Positions 1-8,194 of a stretch of 21,072 nt of DNA are shown here, piece by piece; within the stretch, counting starts at the first letter, position 1; each line of letters begins with the position of its first letter. Origin of the DNA: Candidatus Aegiribacteria sp. (GTDB taxonomy: Bacteria; Fermentibacterota; Fermentibacteria; Fermentibacterales; JCC-6); the NCBI GenBank assembly GCA_046498225.1, contig JAWOBF010000018.1:1-21072 (forward strand), written 5' to 3'. A model generated the notes under the pieces. The model did no database searches, was not told the DNA's origin, and saw only the letters and a list, made by a program, of their open reading frames with translations. Both the position numbers and the translations under genes were made by a program.

Positions 1-64
1 TTGACCTTAGGATGATGTTAAAAGAGATTAAGCATAGCAAGAGAAAAAGTACACTGCCTTTGAT

Positions 65-259
65 ATGCAGCCACTTGCGATCTTCGATGTATCCGGGCAT
101 CTGGTAGCTGAACTCCAACCTGCAGTATCAGGAAGTGAATTAATCTACTCCTGGAATGGAACAATCTCATCGGATGCTGAAGCTCCCAGCGGTATCTATT
201 CCGCAAGGATTCGGTCGGAAGGAGTTTCTTCAGGCGTGATGCTGCTCAAGCTGGATTAG
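65..259 (+). pseudogene. Orphan FlgD-Ig-like / T9SS type-A-like C-terminal domain fragment
   Basis: The 64-aa ORF reads LAIFDVSGHLVAEL...YSWNG...APSGIYSARI...MLLKLD, matching the IxDxxGxxV / WxG / PSGIY pattern of secreted-protein C-terminal domains. In-frame stops (TAA 29-31, TAG 35-37) lie just upstream, so no passenger is attached in this frame. Confidence 0.55.
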
Positions 260-364
260 CTTCTTCGTGTCTTTCGCAGTTGTCTTTCAGTTACGATCTG
301 TCGTTCCCAATGATCCCCCATGGCCTCTATCTCCTTCAGCTTTTATCCGGGCAGCTTCAGCAGG

Positions 365-398
365 CACAACCACTGGGTGATCCTGTCCAGTGGTTGTG
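365..398. terminator. Hairpin between convergent ORFs, possible bidirectional terminator
   Basis: Perfect 12-bp inverted repeat CACAACCACTGG (365-376) / CCAGTGGTTGTG (387-398) with a 10-nt loop, between a + ORF ending at 259 and a - gene ending at 417. No clear U-tract. Confidence 0.5.
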
Positions 399-416
399 GC
401 GGGTGTATTCAATTTG

Positions 417-1328
417 TCAGGAACTGGGTTCCTGCCGGGAGATCATATCGCTGTGAAGTCTTATGTAGTAGTCGATGCAGATATAGGTAAGAAGATCCAG
501 GCCCAGTCCCCATATGGCAGTCAGCTGTGACTGGTAGAAGATGAAAACCTGCGTGACGAAGATATTCAGCAGAATGGCTCTTTTGAACCACTGAACACCG
601 CTTCTCCTGGAGGACTTCAATCTAACCAGCCCTATCAGCACCAGAGTTCCACTGAGAGCAGCACCTGCCAGGGACAGTCCCGAAAGACTCCGAAAAGGAA
701 GCCATCCAGGATTCTCCCATCCCAGAATCACACCGAACTGTGCCAGGCTTTTAACTACGAACAGCACCATTATGGAAGGAACGAACTTCGGCAGTGCGAG
801 CATTCTGTCAAGCCAGTTCCGCACCTTATCATGAATGCAGTCGTACCACTTCAGCACAGGGGATTCCCGGGAAGCCTTCAGCCTGGAGCGGATCAGCTGG
901 TTCACCGATTCTTCCTTCTCAGAGATCGACCGGGCCTGGCTGCCGAACCTTCTGAAAACAAGGTACATAACTACAAAGATGATATAGATGATGGCGATGG
1001 TGGGCTTGAAAAAATAATCGTTGTCCTTGGTTATGAACTTCCCCAGCTCGTCTATGAACAGACCGAAGCCTATACCCGATGTGAAGGCTGCAAAACGTCG
1101 TAGTGTAGGATTCCAGTAACGAAGGAGCATAACTATGGAGATGAGCATGATGAGGCCGCCCCATAGCATATGGGCTATATGTAAGGAACTGAAGGCAATC
1201 TGAGGGTAGTTGGTAAGGTACAGAAAGGCTCTGTTTATGAGAATGGTCGCCACGGCAGCAACCAGCAGCAGCTCAAGCGAATCACCTGCGTCCGAGTCGC
1301 GAACGAGCTCTTTTCTACGTCTGTTCAT
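417..1328 (-). CDS. Conserved hypothetical polytopic membrane protein
   Basis: 303 aa with about 8 hydrophobic segments and motifs HIAHMLWGG and GIGFGLFIDELGKFIT.DNDYFF.P. SD AGAGGTG precedes the ATG. Function not recognised. Confidence 0.8.
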   Translation of the reverse strand: MNRRRKELVRDSDAGDSLELLLVAAVATILINRAFLYLTNYPQIAFSSLHIAHMLWGGLIMLISIVMLLRYWNPTLRRFAAFTSGIGFGLFIDELGKFITKDNDYFFKPTIAIIYIIFVVMYLVFRRFGSQARSISEKEESVNQLIRSRLKASRESPVLKWYDCIHDKVRNWLDRMLALPKFVPSIMVLFVVKSLAQFGVILGWENPGWLPFRSLSGLSLAGAALSGTLVLIGLVRLKSSRRSGVQWFKRAILLNIFVTQVFIFYQSQLTAIWGLGLDLLTYICIDYYIRLHSDMISRQEPSS

Positions 1329-1389
1329 GCATTCACCTCTTTAAAACCCTGTCCCTTTTCTTGAAGACTGAATCACCGCTCCCTTTTTC

Positions 1390-1555
1390 CGAAATTTCTC
1401 AATCCCTCCGTGGATGCGCTTCCACAGACACCTCATCCTGCCATCCGGATACACCCTTTCTCTGTGACCAAACCTCTGTATGCCGGGTTTGATGTCAAGT
1501 ACAGGCGTTCCGTCCAGTATATCGATATCCTGAACATGAAGGAAGTTGTCCTTCG
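1390..1555 (-). pseudogene. trmO: Remnant of tRNA m6t6A37 methyltransferase TrmO (TsaA/YaeB family), C-terminal part only
   Basis: LHVQDIDILDGTPVLDIKP (1541-1485) is the TrmO/YaeB signature. The usual following Tyr is Gly. A GWQDEV tail appears in a shifted frame, and the N-terminal motifs (GVFATRSP) are absent. Boundaries are approximate. Confidence 0.7.
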
Positions 1556-2057
1556 AAGCTTCCTGGCGTAGATGAGACTCCCGTTTGACATGTCCAGCCA
1601 CGCAGTATTGCCGTAACCACATTATAGATAAACAGTAAGGCGATCTTGTACAGAAACAGGCGTGTATCCATATATTTTGCGGGTCAGTTTAACTTTCACA
1701 ATAATGCGCGGAAAAGCTATATTCATCCTTTCATGGAACTTACATGCTTCCAGTCTCGGATTTGAATTAAGATAGAGACGTTTATCTGGCGTCAACAATT
1801 GATCAATCTTTTGTGTCCGTGGAACCTTGCGGATATTGCGGGCGGTTTCATCGGCCACCCTATATTTTTTGCAACACGTTCAAAGAGACTCCCAAAATGC
1901 GAGAAAATCAACTCTCTGTTTGACCGGGGCTCATTACGATGCTATGGTCAGCCGCAGACATGAAGAACAGTGACACCGGGCAGCAGATGAGCGGATGCGG
2001 CAGTGGAAAAGAACACATGTTTCTGTTGGCTATTGGTCCGGGGGATGGGGAGTTAAG

Positions 2058-3626
2058 TTGCGTCCGGGGTGGATTGCAGCCGGGCTGCTGTCCGCGGCCG
2101 TACTCTCCCTGACCCTGCTCCTTCCAGCCCGCGCGCCCTTCTCCGGCGACAACGGGCTGAGACTGTGGGCCGCCTCATCCGGCTCCGGCCATCTGCAGCG
2201 GGCGATGCCGCAGGCCATGGACGCTTCTGTCTACAGGCCATCTCTTACCGTACCGGACGGGACGAATCTTCTTCCGGCCTACGGAAGGACTCTACCCGCG
2301 CTGGCCTCCCTGGGGGGACTGATCCAATGGCCGGTGATGTGGCGCCTATTAGTGGCCGCCGCCTCTCTTCTGGCCTTGCCTCTGCTGTCCAGGCTCTCCG
2401 GGCTGGGCAGTTCCGGAGGTGCTCTATGTTTCCTTGCTGCGGGGCTTGTGCCCTACTCCCTTCTCTTCTGGGAGCACGGTCCTGCCGTGACCCTGTTCCT
2501 GCTTACCGCCGTGCTTCTGCTCAGGTCCCTGGGGAGGGCATCCGGCGTTCCCTGGTGGCTGGTTGCAGCAGCTGCTGCCTGCCGTCTTCGGCCGGAGATG
2601 ATTCCAGCTCTGGCCGCCTTCCTGGTTGTCCTGATCCTGAGGAACAGGGAAGCGCCCGGAGCCGGTCGAACTTTAAGGTGGGCTGCGGCGGCTGCGCTGC
2701 TTGCAGCGCTGGGTGCGGTCCTGTTCCCCGAGAGCGTCCTCGGGAGTCAGGTGCTGAGCAATATGCCTGGAACCCCGTCGGCAATTCTTTCCTCGAGGAT
2801 GGACGTCCTTCGGGCCTGGACGCTGCCCGGCCTTCCAGTCATGTCCGTTTCGGTCCTCCTGTGGGGAGGGTCCACCGTCTTCCTGCTACTGAGAAAAGGA
2901 GGCCTCCGTTTCAGGAGAACGGTCCTGGCGGGCGGTCTGGCGGGAGCGGCTGCAATGCTGTACCCGGTAGCCCGCGGGTCGGCCGGATCCATGTCCCTGC
3001 TGACCATGGCGCCAGTCGCGGTCCTTCTTCCCGCGGTGGCCTACCGGGCTCGGGGTACCGGCCGGACCCTCCTGATCGCCGGAATCTCCGGCGGACTGCT
3101 TGTGGGCCTGCTCTCGCCCACCCACGGGATGTTCCAGTTCGGACCCAGGTTCCTCCTGGGGCCTATGGCCCTGCTCGCCGCCGGCGCGGTGCGGACTATG
3201 AAGCAGCATGGGTTCCACCGGTACAAAGGTGTGCTTGTTGTGGCTGTACTTGTGCTGGGGCTGCTTGGAACGGTCCGCGGCGTTCTTTTCTGCGGCTACT
3301 TTCGAGCGCGGCACACGGACCTGCAGCGGTCGCTGGAGAGCATCCATGCGGAGGTCCTCTGCACGGACGAGGAGTGGCTGCCCCTGGTGTGCTGGCCCCG
3401 GGCGCGGAGGATGCCCATACTGGTCATGGAACCGGACCGGGCTGAAAGCCTGGCGGAATCGGGAATGGAGCTTGTCTGGCTTTCCAGCCGAAGTGTGCTT
3501 GGAGGGAAGACCGGTGAACCCGGGTACAGGCATATGCGCTACAGCCTTCCGACCGGGTCGGAGCTGCAGCTTCCGGAGCCCCCGGCGGGACCCCGGGAAC
3601 CTTCTCCTCCTGCAGTGGCCATATAG
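2058..3626 (+). CDS. Putative GT-C fold integral membrane glycosyltransferase (PMT/ArnT-like superfamily)
   Basis: Many TM segments; an acidic motif FSGDNG in the loop after TM1; YSLLFWEH, RLRPE and a late GPRFLL motif as in GT-C proteins. TTG at 2058 has SD GGGGAG (2047-2052) and is preferred over the track ATG at 1995. Confidence 0.65.
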   Translation: MRPGWIAAGLLSAAVLSLTLLLPARAPFSGDNGLRLWAASSGSGHLQRAMPQAMDASVYRPSLTVPDGTNLLPAYGRTLPALASLGGLIQWPVMWRLLVAAASLLALPLLSRLSGLGSSGGALCFLAAGLVPYSLLFWEHGPAVTLFLLTAVLLLRSLGRASGVPWWLVAAAAACRLRPEMIPALAAFLVVLILRNREAPGAGRTLRWAAAAALLAALGAVLFPESVLGSQVLSNMPGTPSAILSSRMDVLRAWTLPGLPVMSVSVLLWGGSTVFLLLRKGGLRFRRTVLAGGLAGAAAMLYPVARGSAGSMSLLTMAPVAVLLPAVAYRARGTGRTLLIAGISGGLLVGLLSPTHGMFQFGPRFLLGPMALLAAGAVRTMKQHGFHRYKGVLVVAVLVLGLLGTVRGVLFCGYFRARHTDLQRSLESIHAEVLCTDEEWLPLVCWPRARRMPILVMEPDRAESLAESGMELVWLSSRSVLGGKTGEPGYRHMRYSLPTGSELQLPEPPAGPREPSPPAVAI

Positions 3627-3657
3627 CGAAGATAGAAGCGGAAAGGAAACTCAGGGG

Positions 3658-3714
3658 TTGCCGCGATGTAGTTCATTCTATAATATGAACATAAACTCGA
3701 GATAGTTGAGGAGG
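3658..3714 (+). promoter_or_regulatory. Putative sigma70 promoter, operator and RBS of the trehalose operon
   Basis: TTGCCG (3658-3663)-N17-TAATAT (3681-3686), with TATAAT at 3679-3684. Inverted repeat GTTCAT-N8-ATGAAC (3671-3690) straddles the -10. SD GAGGAGG at 3708-3714. Confidence 0.5.
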
Positions 3715-3721
3715 TGGATAG

Positions 3722-5905
3722 ATGGGCAGAGTAATAATAGTTTCCAACCGCCTTCCTGTGAGCGTCGAAACCCCGGGAGAGGAATACAGGCTGAAACCTT
3801 CCGTGGGAGGACTGGCCACCGGGCTCCGGTCTTTTTACAAGGACTACGACAGCCGCTGGATAGGATGGTCCGGGATCCCTTCGGAAATTTCCAGCCGCTT
3901 TGACGGCCTGGAGCAGAGCCTTCTGAACGAGAACTGCATTCAGGTCGAGATGTCAAAGAAGCTGCTGGACGGATACTACTACGGGTTCTCCAACCGCACC
4001 GTCTGGCCCCTCTTCCATTATTTCCAGCAGTTCGCGGAATTCCGGTGGGAACTGTGGGATGCGTACAGGGAAGCTAATCAGCGGTTCGCTGAAGCCGTCC
4101 TGGAGCATGCCCGGCCCGGGGACAGCATCTGGGTGCATGATTATCACCTCATGCTGCTTCCCGGACTTCTGAAACGGAAGCTGCCCGATTCGTCCATAGG
4201 GTTCTTCCTGCACATACCTTTTCCATCATTCGAGCTGTTCAGGCTGATGCCATGGAGGGACGAGATAATGGACGGCATCCTGGGGGCTGACCTGGTGGGA
4301 TTCCATTCCTACGATTACGCCAGGCATTTCCTCAGTTCCGTACTCAGGCTCAAAGGTTACGACCGTTCCCTCGACCAGCTGGATGTCAATGGGCGTAAGG
4401 TATGCGTCGATGTTTTTCCTATAGGTATAGACTACGAGAAATTCAGCGGGGCCCAGGAAACAGCCGATGTAATCGAAAAAAGACGGGAGCTGCGTGACCG
4501 GCTGGGGGACAGGAAACTGATACTCTCCGTTGACAGGCTGGATTACACAAAGGGTATCGTTCAGAGGCTGGAGGCTTTCGAGCTGTTCCTGAAAGAGAAC
4601 CCGGAGTACCGCAACAAAGTCAGGCTGGTCCTTCTGGTTGTCCCCTCCCGGACCAGAGTTCCGCAGTACAAGCGGCTGAAGCTCGAACTGGACAGACTGG
4701 TTGGCAGAATATCCAGTGAATACAGCGATATCACCAGCGGCCCCATAGCGTACCTGTACCAGTCCCTGCCCTTTCCGGAGCTGGCCGCCCTCTATGGAGA
4801 GGCGGACGTGGGGCTGGTCACTCCCATCAGGGACGGCATGAACCTGGTGGCCAAGGAGTATGTGGCGTGTCAGACCAGGGACCACGGTATGCTGGTGCTG
4901 AGCGAGATGGCCGGAGCAGTGATGGAACTTTCGGAGAGCATCGTGGTCAATCCCAACAATACCCCGCAGGTGGCCGATGCCATACTGGAAGCCATGGAAA
5001 TGCCCCGGGAGGAGAAACAGCGAAAGATCGAGACCATGCAGAAAAGACTTCGCCTCTACAATGTCGAGAGATGGGCTGAGGATTTCGTTGAGAGCCTGGA
5101 CAGGATAAGGGACCAGCAGCGGGAAGACGCCGGCCTGGACCTGACCGAAGAAACACGGGAGAATCTGCTGGATAGTTTTGAAAAGGCGGAGAAGAGCCTT
5201 ATACTGCTGAACTATGACGGAACGCTGGTGGAATCGGGCAGGGACCTGGAGCAGGTGCGCCCGGGCCCGGAGCTGGAGAGCATACTGCGGAAGCTTCGCG
5301 CTTCTTCCGGCACCAGGCTGGTGATATTCAGCGGGCGCAGGCGGGAAAGCCTGGAGGACCTGTTCGGCGGGAGTAAATTCGATATGGTGGCGGAGGGAGG
5401 GTTCTGGCTGCACGAACCCAGCGGCCGATGGCGGATGATAGCGCCTCTCGGCGACCAGTGGAAGGAAGCGGTAAGACCGCTGATGGAATTCTACGAGAAC
5501 AGGACCCCGGGAGCATTTCTGGAGGAAAAGGATTTCTCGCTGCTCTGGCATTACCGGAAAACAGGGCCGGCCCTTGCGGAAGTGAGATCCAGAAGCCTGC
5601 TGCTGGACCTGTACGACCTCACCGGCAACATGGACCTGGAAGTGATAAAGGGCAGAAAGCTCATCGAAGTGCGCAATTCAGACGTCAGCAAGGGCAGGGC
5701 GGCTCAGCACTGGCTGGAGCAGGACATGTGGGACTTCATACTGGCTGCGGGCAACGACCTTTCAGACGAGTGTGTCTACCATTCGCTCCCCGCCAGGGCC
5801 TTCACCATAAAGGTAGGGTCGGGGCCCACCGATGCGGCATGCAGAGTGGGGTCTCCGGAAGAGATGAGGAATCTGCTTGCTCAGATGACGGAGAGAATTC
5901 ACTGA
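3722..5905 (+). CDS. otsAB: Fused trehalose-6-phosphate synthase (GT20) / trehalose-phosphatase-like HAD domain; phosphatase motifs degenerate
   Basis: GT20 motifs are intact: SNRLP, GGLA, YYYGFSN..WPLFHY, WVHDYHL, FLHIPFP, VDRLDYTKG, RDGMNLVAKEY, LSEMAGA. The C-terminal HAD-IIB domain has NYDGTL, SGR, WHYR, SKG and GNDLSDE. Confidence 0.95.
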   Translation: MGRVIIVSNRLPVSVETPGEEYRLKPSVGGLATGLRSFYKDYDSRWIGWSGIPSEISSRFDGLEQSLLNENCIQVEMSKKLLDGYYYGFSNRTVWPLFHYFQQFAEFRWELWDAYREANQRFAEAVLEHARPGDSIWVHDYHLMLLPGLLKRKLPDSSIGFFLHIPFPSFELFRLMPWRDEIMDGILGADLVGFHSYDYARHFLSSVLRLKGYDRSLDQLDVNGRKVCVDVFPIGIDYEKFSGAQETADVIEKRRELRDRLGDRKLILSVDRLDYTKGIVQRLEAFELFLKENPEYRNKVRLVLLVVPSRTRVPQYKRLKLELDRLVGRISSEYSDITSGPIAYLYQSLPFPELAALYGEADVGLVTPIRDGMNLVAKEYVACQTRDHGMLVLSEMAGAVMELSESIVVNPNNTPQVADAILEAMEMPREEKQRKIETMQKRLRLYNVERWAEDFVESLDRIRDQQREDAGLDLTEETRENLLDSFEKAEKSLILLNYDGTLVESGRDLEQVRPGPELESILRKLRASSGTRLVIFSGRRRESLEDLFGGSKFDMVAEGGFWLHEPSGRWRMIAPLGDQWKEAVRPLMEFYENRTPGAFLEEKDFSLLWHYRKTGPALAEVRSRSLLLDLYDLTGNMDLEVIKGRKLIEVRNSDVSKGRAAQHWLEQDMWDFILAAGNDLSDECVYHSLPARAFTIKVGSGPTDAACRVGSPEEMRNLLAQMTERIH

Positions 5906-5959
5906 ACCAAGGCCTCAGGGCTTAACCCGAGATTGATGAATAAGGAGAAATACTGACAG

Positions 5960-7177
5960 ATGCACAGACTTGAAGACTACCTGGATATAGTTGGCGACGA
6001 GGAGATAGCAAGAATTCTCCGGAAGGCGACCCGGCTTTACGGCAAGCATTTCGTGCACATGAACTCCACCTACCACGGTGGAGGCGTGGCGGAAATGCTC
6101 AACACACTGGTTCCTCTCACCAATGACTCCAATGTGGACTCCGGATGGAGAATACTCCACGGCAACAGTGACTTCTTCGCGATTACCAAGCAGTTCCACA
6201 ACGCGATGCAGGGAGGCGAGCTGAAGCTCACCGAAGCCAAGAAGAGAATCTACCTGGAGACCAACCGGGAATTCTCGATATTCACCCACATCGACCATGA
6301 CGCGGTGGTGATACACGACCCCCAGCCCCTGCCCCTGATAAGGAACTACCAGAAGTCACAGCCCTGGATATGGAGATGCCACATAGACATATCCGAGCCG
6401 AACATGGAACTGTGGGACTTCCTCAAGCAGTTCATCATCCGTTACGACATGGTGATAATATCTTCCGAGCTATACAGAAAGCCGGACCTGCCCGTGGAGC
6501 AGCGGGTCATCGAACCGGCCATCAATCCGCTCAGCGCCAAGAACGAGGAGCTGACGGAGGACCATATTGAGAGTATTCTGAGTAACTTCGGCATTCCCAC
6601 CGACAAACCCTTCATAACCCAGATATCCCGTTTCGATCCATGGAAGGACCCTCTTGGCGTACTGGAAGTCTACCGTATGGTCAGGGAAAAGGTGGATTGC
6701 AGGCTTGTCATGTGCGGTTCCATGGCCAGTGACGACCCTGAGGGCTACGACATCTACGAGAAGGTCCGCAAGGAAGCGGACGAACTTATCAGGGCCGGTG
6801 ACGTCATACTTATGACCTACGAGAGCAACATCATGGTCAACGCCATACAGAGAGCTGCCTCGGTGATAATTCAGAAGTCCATCAGGGAGGGATTCGGCCT
6901 CACGGTGACAGAGGGACTGTGGAAGGAAAAACCGGTGGTCGCATCAAAGGTGGGAGGCATCCCGCTGCAGATAGAAAACGGCAGGACCGGCTATCTGGTG
7001 GAGCCGGGGGATCATCGTGGTTTCGCCGACAGAATAATAGAGCTGCTGCAGAATCCCGAGGGCGCGCACGAGATGGGAAGGCTGGGAAAGGAGCATGTGA
7101 GAAAGAGGTTCCTTATAACACGGCTCCTCAGCGACTACCTGGACCTGGTAACGGAAGTCCTTAAGGGACGCACCTGA
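5960..7177 (+). CDS. treT: TreT-type trehalose glycosyltransferring synthase (GT4)
   Basis: Motifs HMNSTYHGGGVAEML, FHNAMQG, IHDPQP, WIWRCHID, QISRFDPWKDP and EGFGLTVTEGLWK are characteristic of the TreT family. SD TAAGGAG at 5941-5947. Confidence 0.88.
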   Translation: MHRLEDYLDIVGDEEIARILRKATRLYGKHFVHMNSTYHGGGVAEMLNTLVPLTNDSNVDSGWRILHGNSDFFAITKQFHNAMQGGELKLTEAKKRIYLETNREFSIFTHIDHDAVVIHDPQPLPLIRNYQKSQPWIWRCHIDISEPNMELWDFLKQFIIRYDMVIISSELYRKPDLPVEQRVIEPAINPLSAKNEELTEDHIESILSNFGIPTDKPFITQISRFDPWKDPLGVLEVYRMVREKVDCRLVMCGSMASDDPEGYDIYEKVRKEADELIRAGDVILMTYESNIMVNAIQRAASVIIQKSIREGFGLTVTEGLWKEKPVVASKVGGIPLQIENGRTGYLVEPGDHRGFADRIIELLQNPEGAHEMGRLGKEHVRKRFLITRLLSDYLDLVTEVLKGRT

Positions 7178-7491
7178 ATTCGTTAACTTACTTGGCGGAA
7201 TATATTTATATATTCGTAATAATATAGAATATCAGTGAGTTCTCCATTGTCACGTAGACACCGGAATATCATCAGCCCGGTACGCGAAACCGTAATCAAC
7301 CGGCTCTTAGTATACTGAAGCTTTCAGTTCAGCTGCAGCTGCGAGCGCAAGGGTCGGCGATAATGTAGAAGTGCACTGATTTCATTTACATGCCCCGGGA
7401 TTCATTCAATCTCATTTAGACTATATCCTGAAACAAGTCTTGTACTATCACGGTTTAGAATCGTTCATACGGAAGGACTATGGAAATGGTA

Positions 7492-7530
7492 TTGCCATTA
7501 GTAAACATATTTATTAATATAATTATATTA
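7492..7530 (+). promoter_or_regulatory. Putative sigma70 promoter with palindromic operator upstream of the antitoxin-like gene
   Basis: TTGCCA (7492-7497)-N17-TAATAT (7515-7520). A perfect 16-bp palindrome TAATATAATTATATTA (7515-7530) overlaps the -10. Confidence 0.45.
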
Positions 7531-7574
7531 CTATTGAGTTCGTGACAGATTGATCCTGAACTATTGGAGATATT

Positions 7575-7790
7575 GTGAATGCAAAGGAAAACAACATCAG
7601 CGAGAAGAATGAATTGACTCAACTTCCTTCCCCGGGAGAACTTGCAAAAAGAGAGCAGAAACTCAAGGTAACTATATCACTGAGTACTATCACAATCGAA
7701 TTTTTCAAGAAAGAAGCCCTGAAGCACGGGACCAAGTACCAGAAGCTGATCAGGGCCGTGCTCGATGAATACGTGAAACAACACAAATAA
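7575..7790 (+). CDS. CopG/BrnA-like ribbon-helix-helix antitoxin-type protein
   Basis: LPSPGELAKREQKLKVTISLS...IEFFKKEA.KHGTKYQKLIRAVLDEY resembles BrnA/CopG-type antitoxins. GTG start preceded by SD GGAG. Confidence 0.7.
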   Translation: MNAKENNISEKNELTQLPSPGELAKREQKLKVTISLSTITIEFFKKEALKHGTKYQKLIRAVLDEYVKQHK

Positions 7791-7826
7791 ACAGGATAGA
7801 GCAATGAATATTTGAAAGGAAATCCA

Positions 7827-8135
7827 ATGGAAGAAAAGGAAATGCAGGCGTACAGAAGGAAACTGGAAGCAAAGCTGGATAAAATGAAAGCAGAGCTGGA
7901 CAAGGTCCAGGCCGGGATCAACGAGGCCAAAGCTGACACAGAGGTGAACTACATAAAAAGGCTGAAAGACCTCAGGAGCAAGAGGAACGATCTGCAACAG
8001 AGACTCTCCGAGGTCAAGGACACGGCTGAATCCACGTGGAAAGATGTGAAGACCAGCCTGGACGAGTCCTGGGACAGGCTGCGTAAAGAAGCAAATGAAC
8101 TCAAGTCGAACTTGTCCATTATAGATACAGACTGA
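7827..8135 (+). CDS. Small coiled-coil protein (Sll1863-like putative stress protein)
   Basis: Heptad-rich AY..KLEAKLD...ELD...A.AD......L..L......L......W.D.K...D.SW..L pattern. ATG at 7827 has SD AAAGGA (7815-7820) and is preferred over TTG at 7812. Confidence 0.75.
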   Translation: MEEKEMQAYRRKLEAKLDKMKAELDKVQAGINEAKADTEVNYIKRLKDLRSKRNDLQQRLSEVKDTAESTWKDVKTSLDESWDRLRKEANELKSNLSIIDTD

Positions 8136-8194
8136 ACCTTGATGAATTGAAACCGATCGGGTCCGGAAGACCTCTTTCGGAGCGGGGTTCATGA

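Noticed and set aside
1622..1858. 78-aa minus-strand ORF in the AT-richer gap
   Set aside because: No recognisable family or convincing SD; cannot be supported as a gene.
2069..3445. 458-aa alternative-frame ORF overlapping the GT-C gene
   Set aside because: Arg/Pro/Gly-rich with no motifs; an expected shadow ORF in very GC-rich coding DNA.
4226..5551. 441-aa antisense ORF inside otsAB
   Set aside because: Antisense shadow of a well-supported gene; no recognisable domain.
7440..7500. Possible BrnT toxin remnant (RIVHTEGLWKWYCH) upstream of the antitoxin-like gene
   Set aside because: Resemblance is too weak to call without a profile search.
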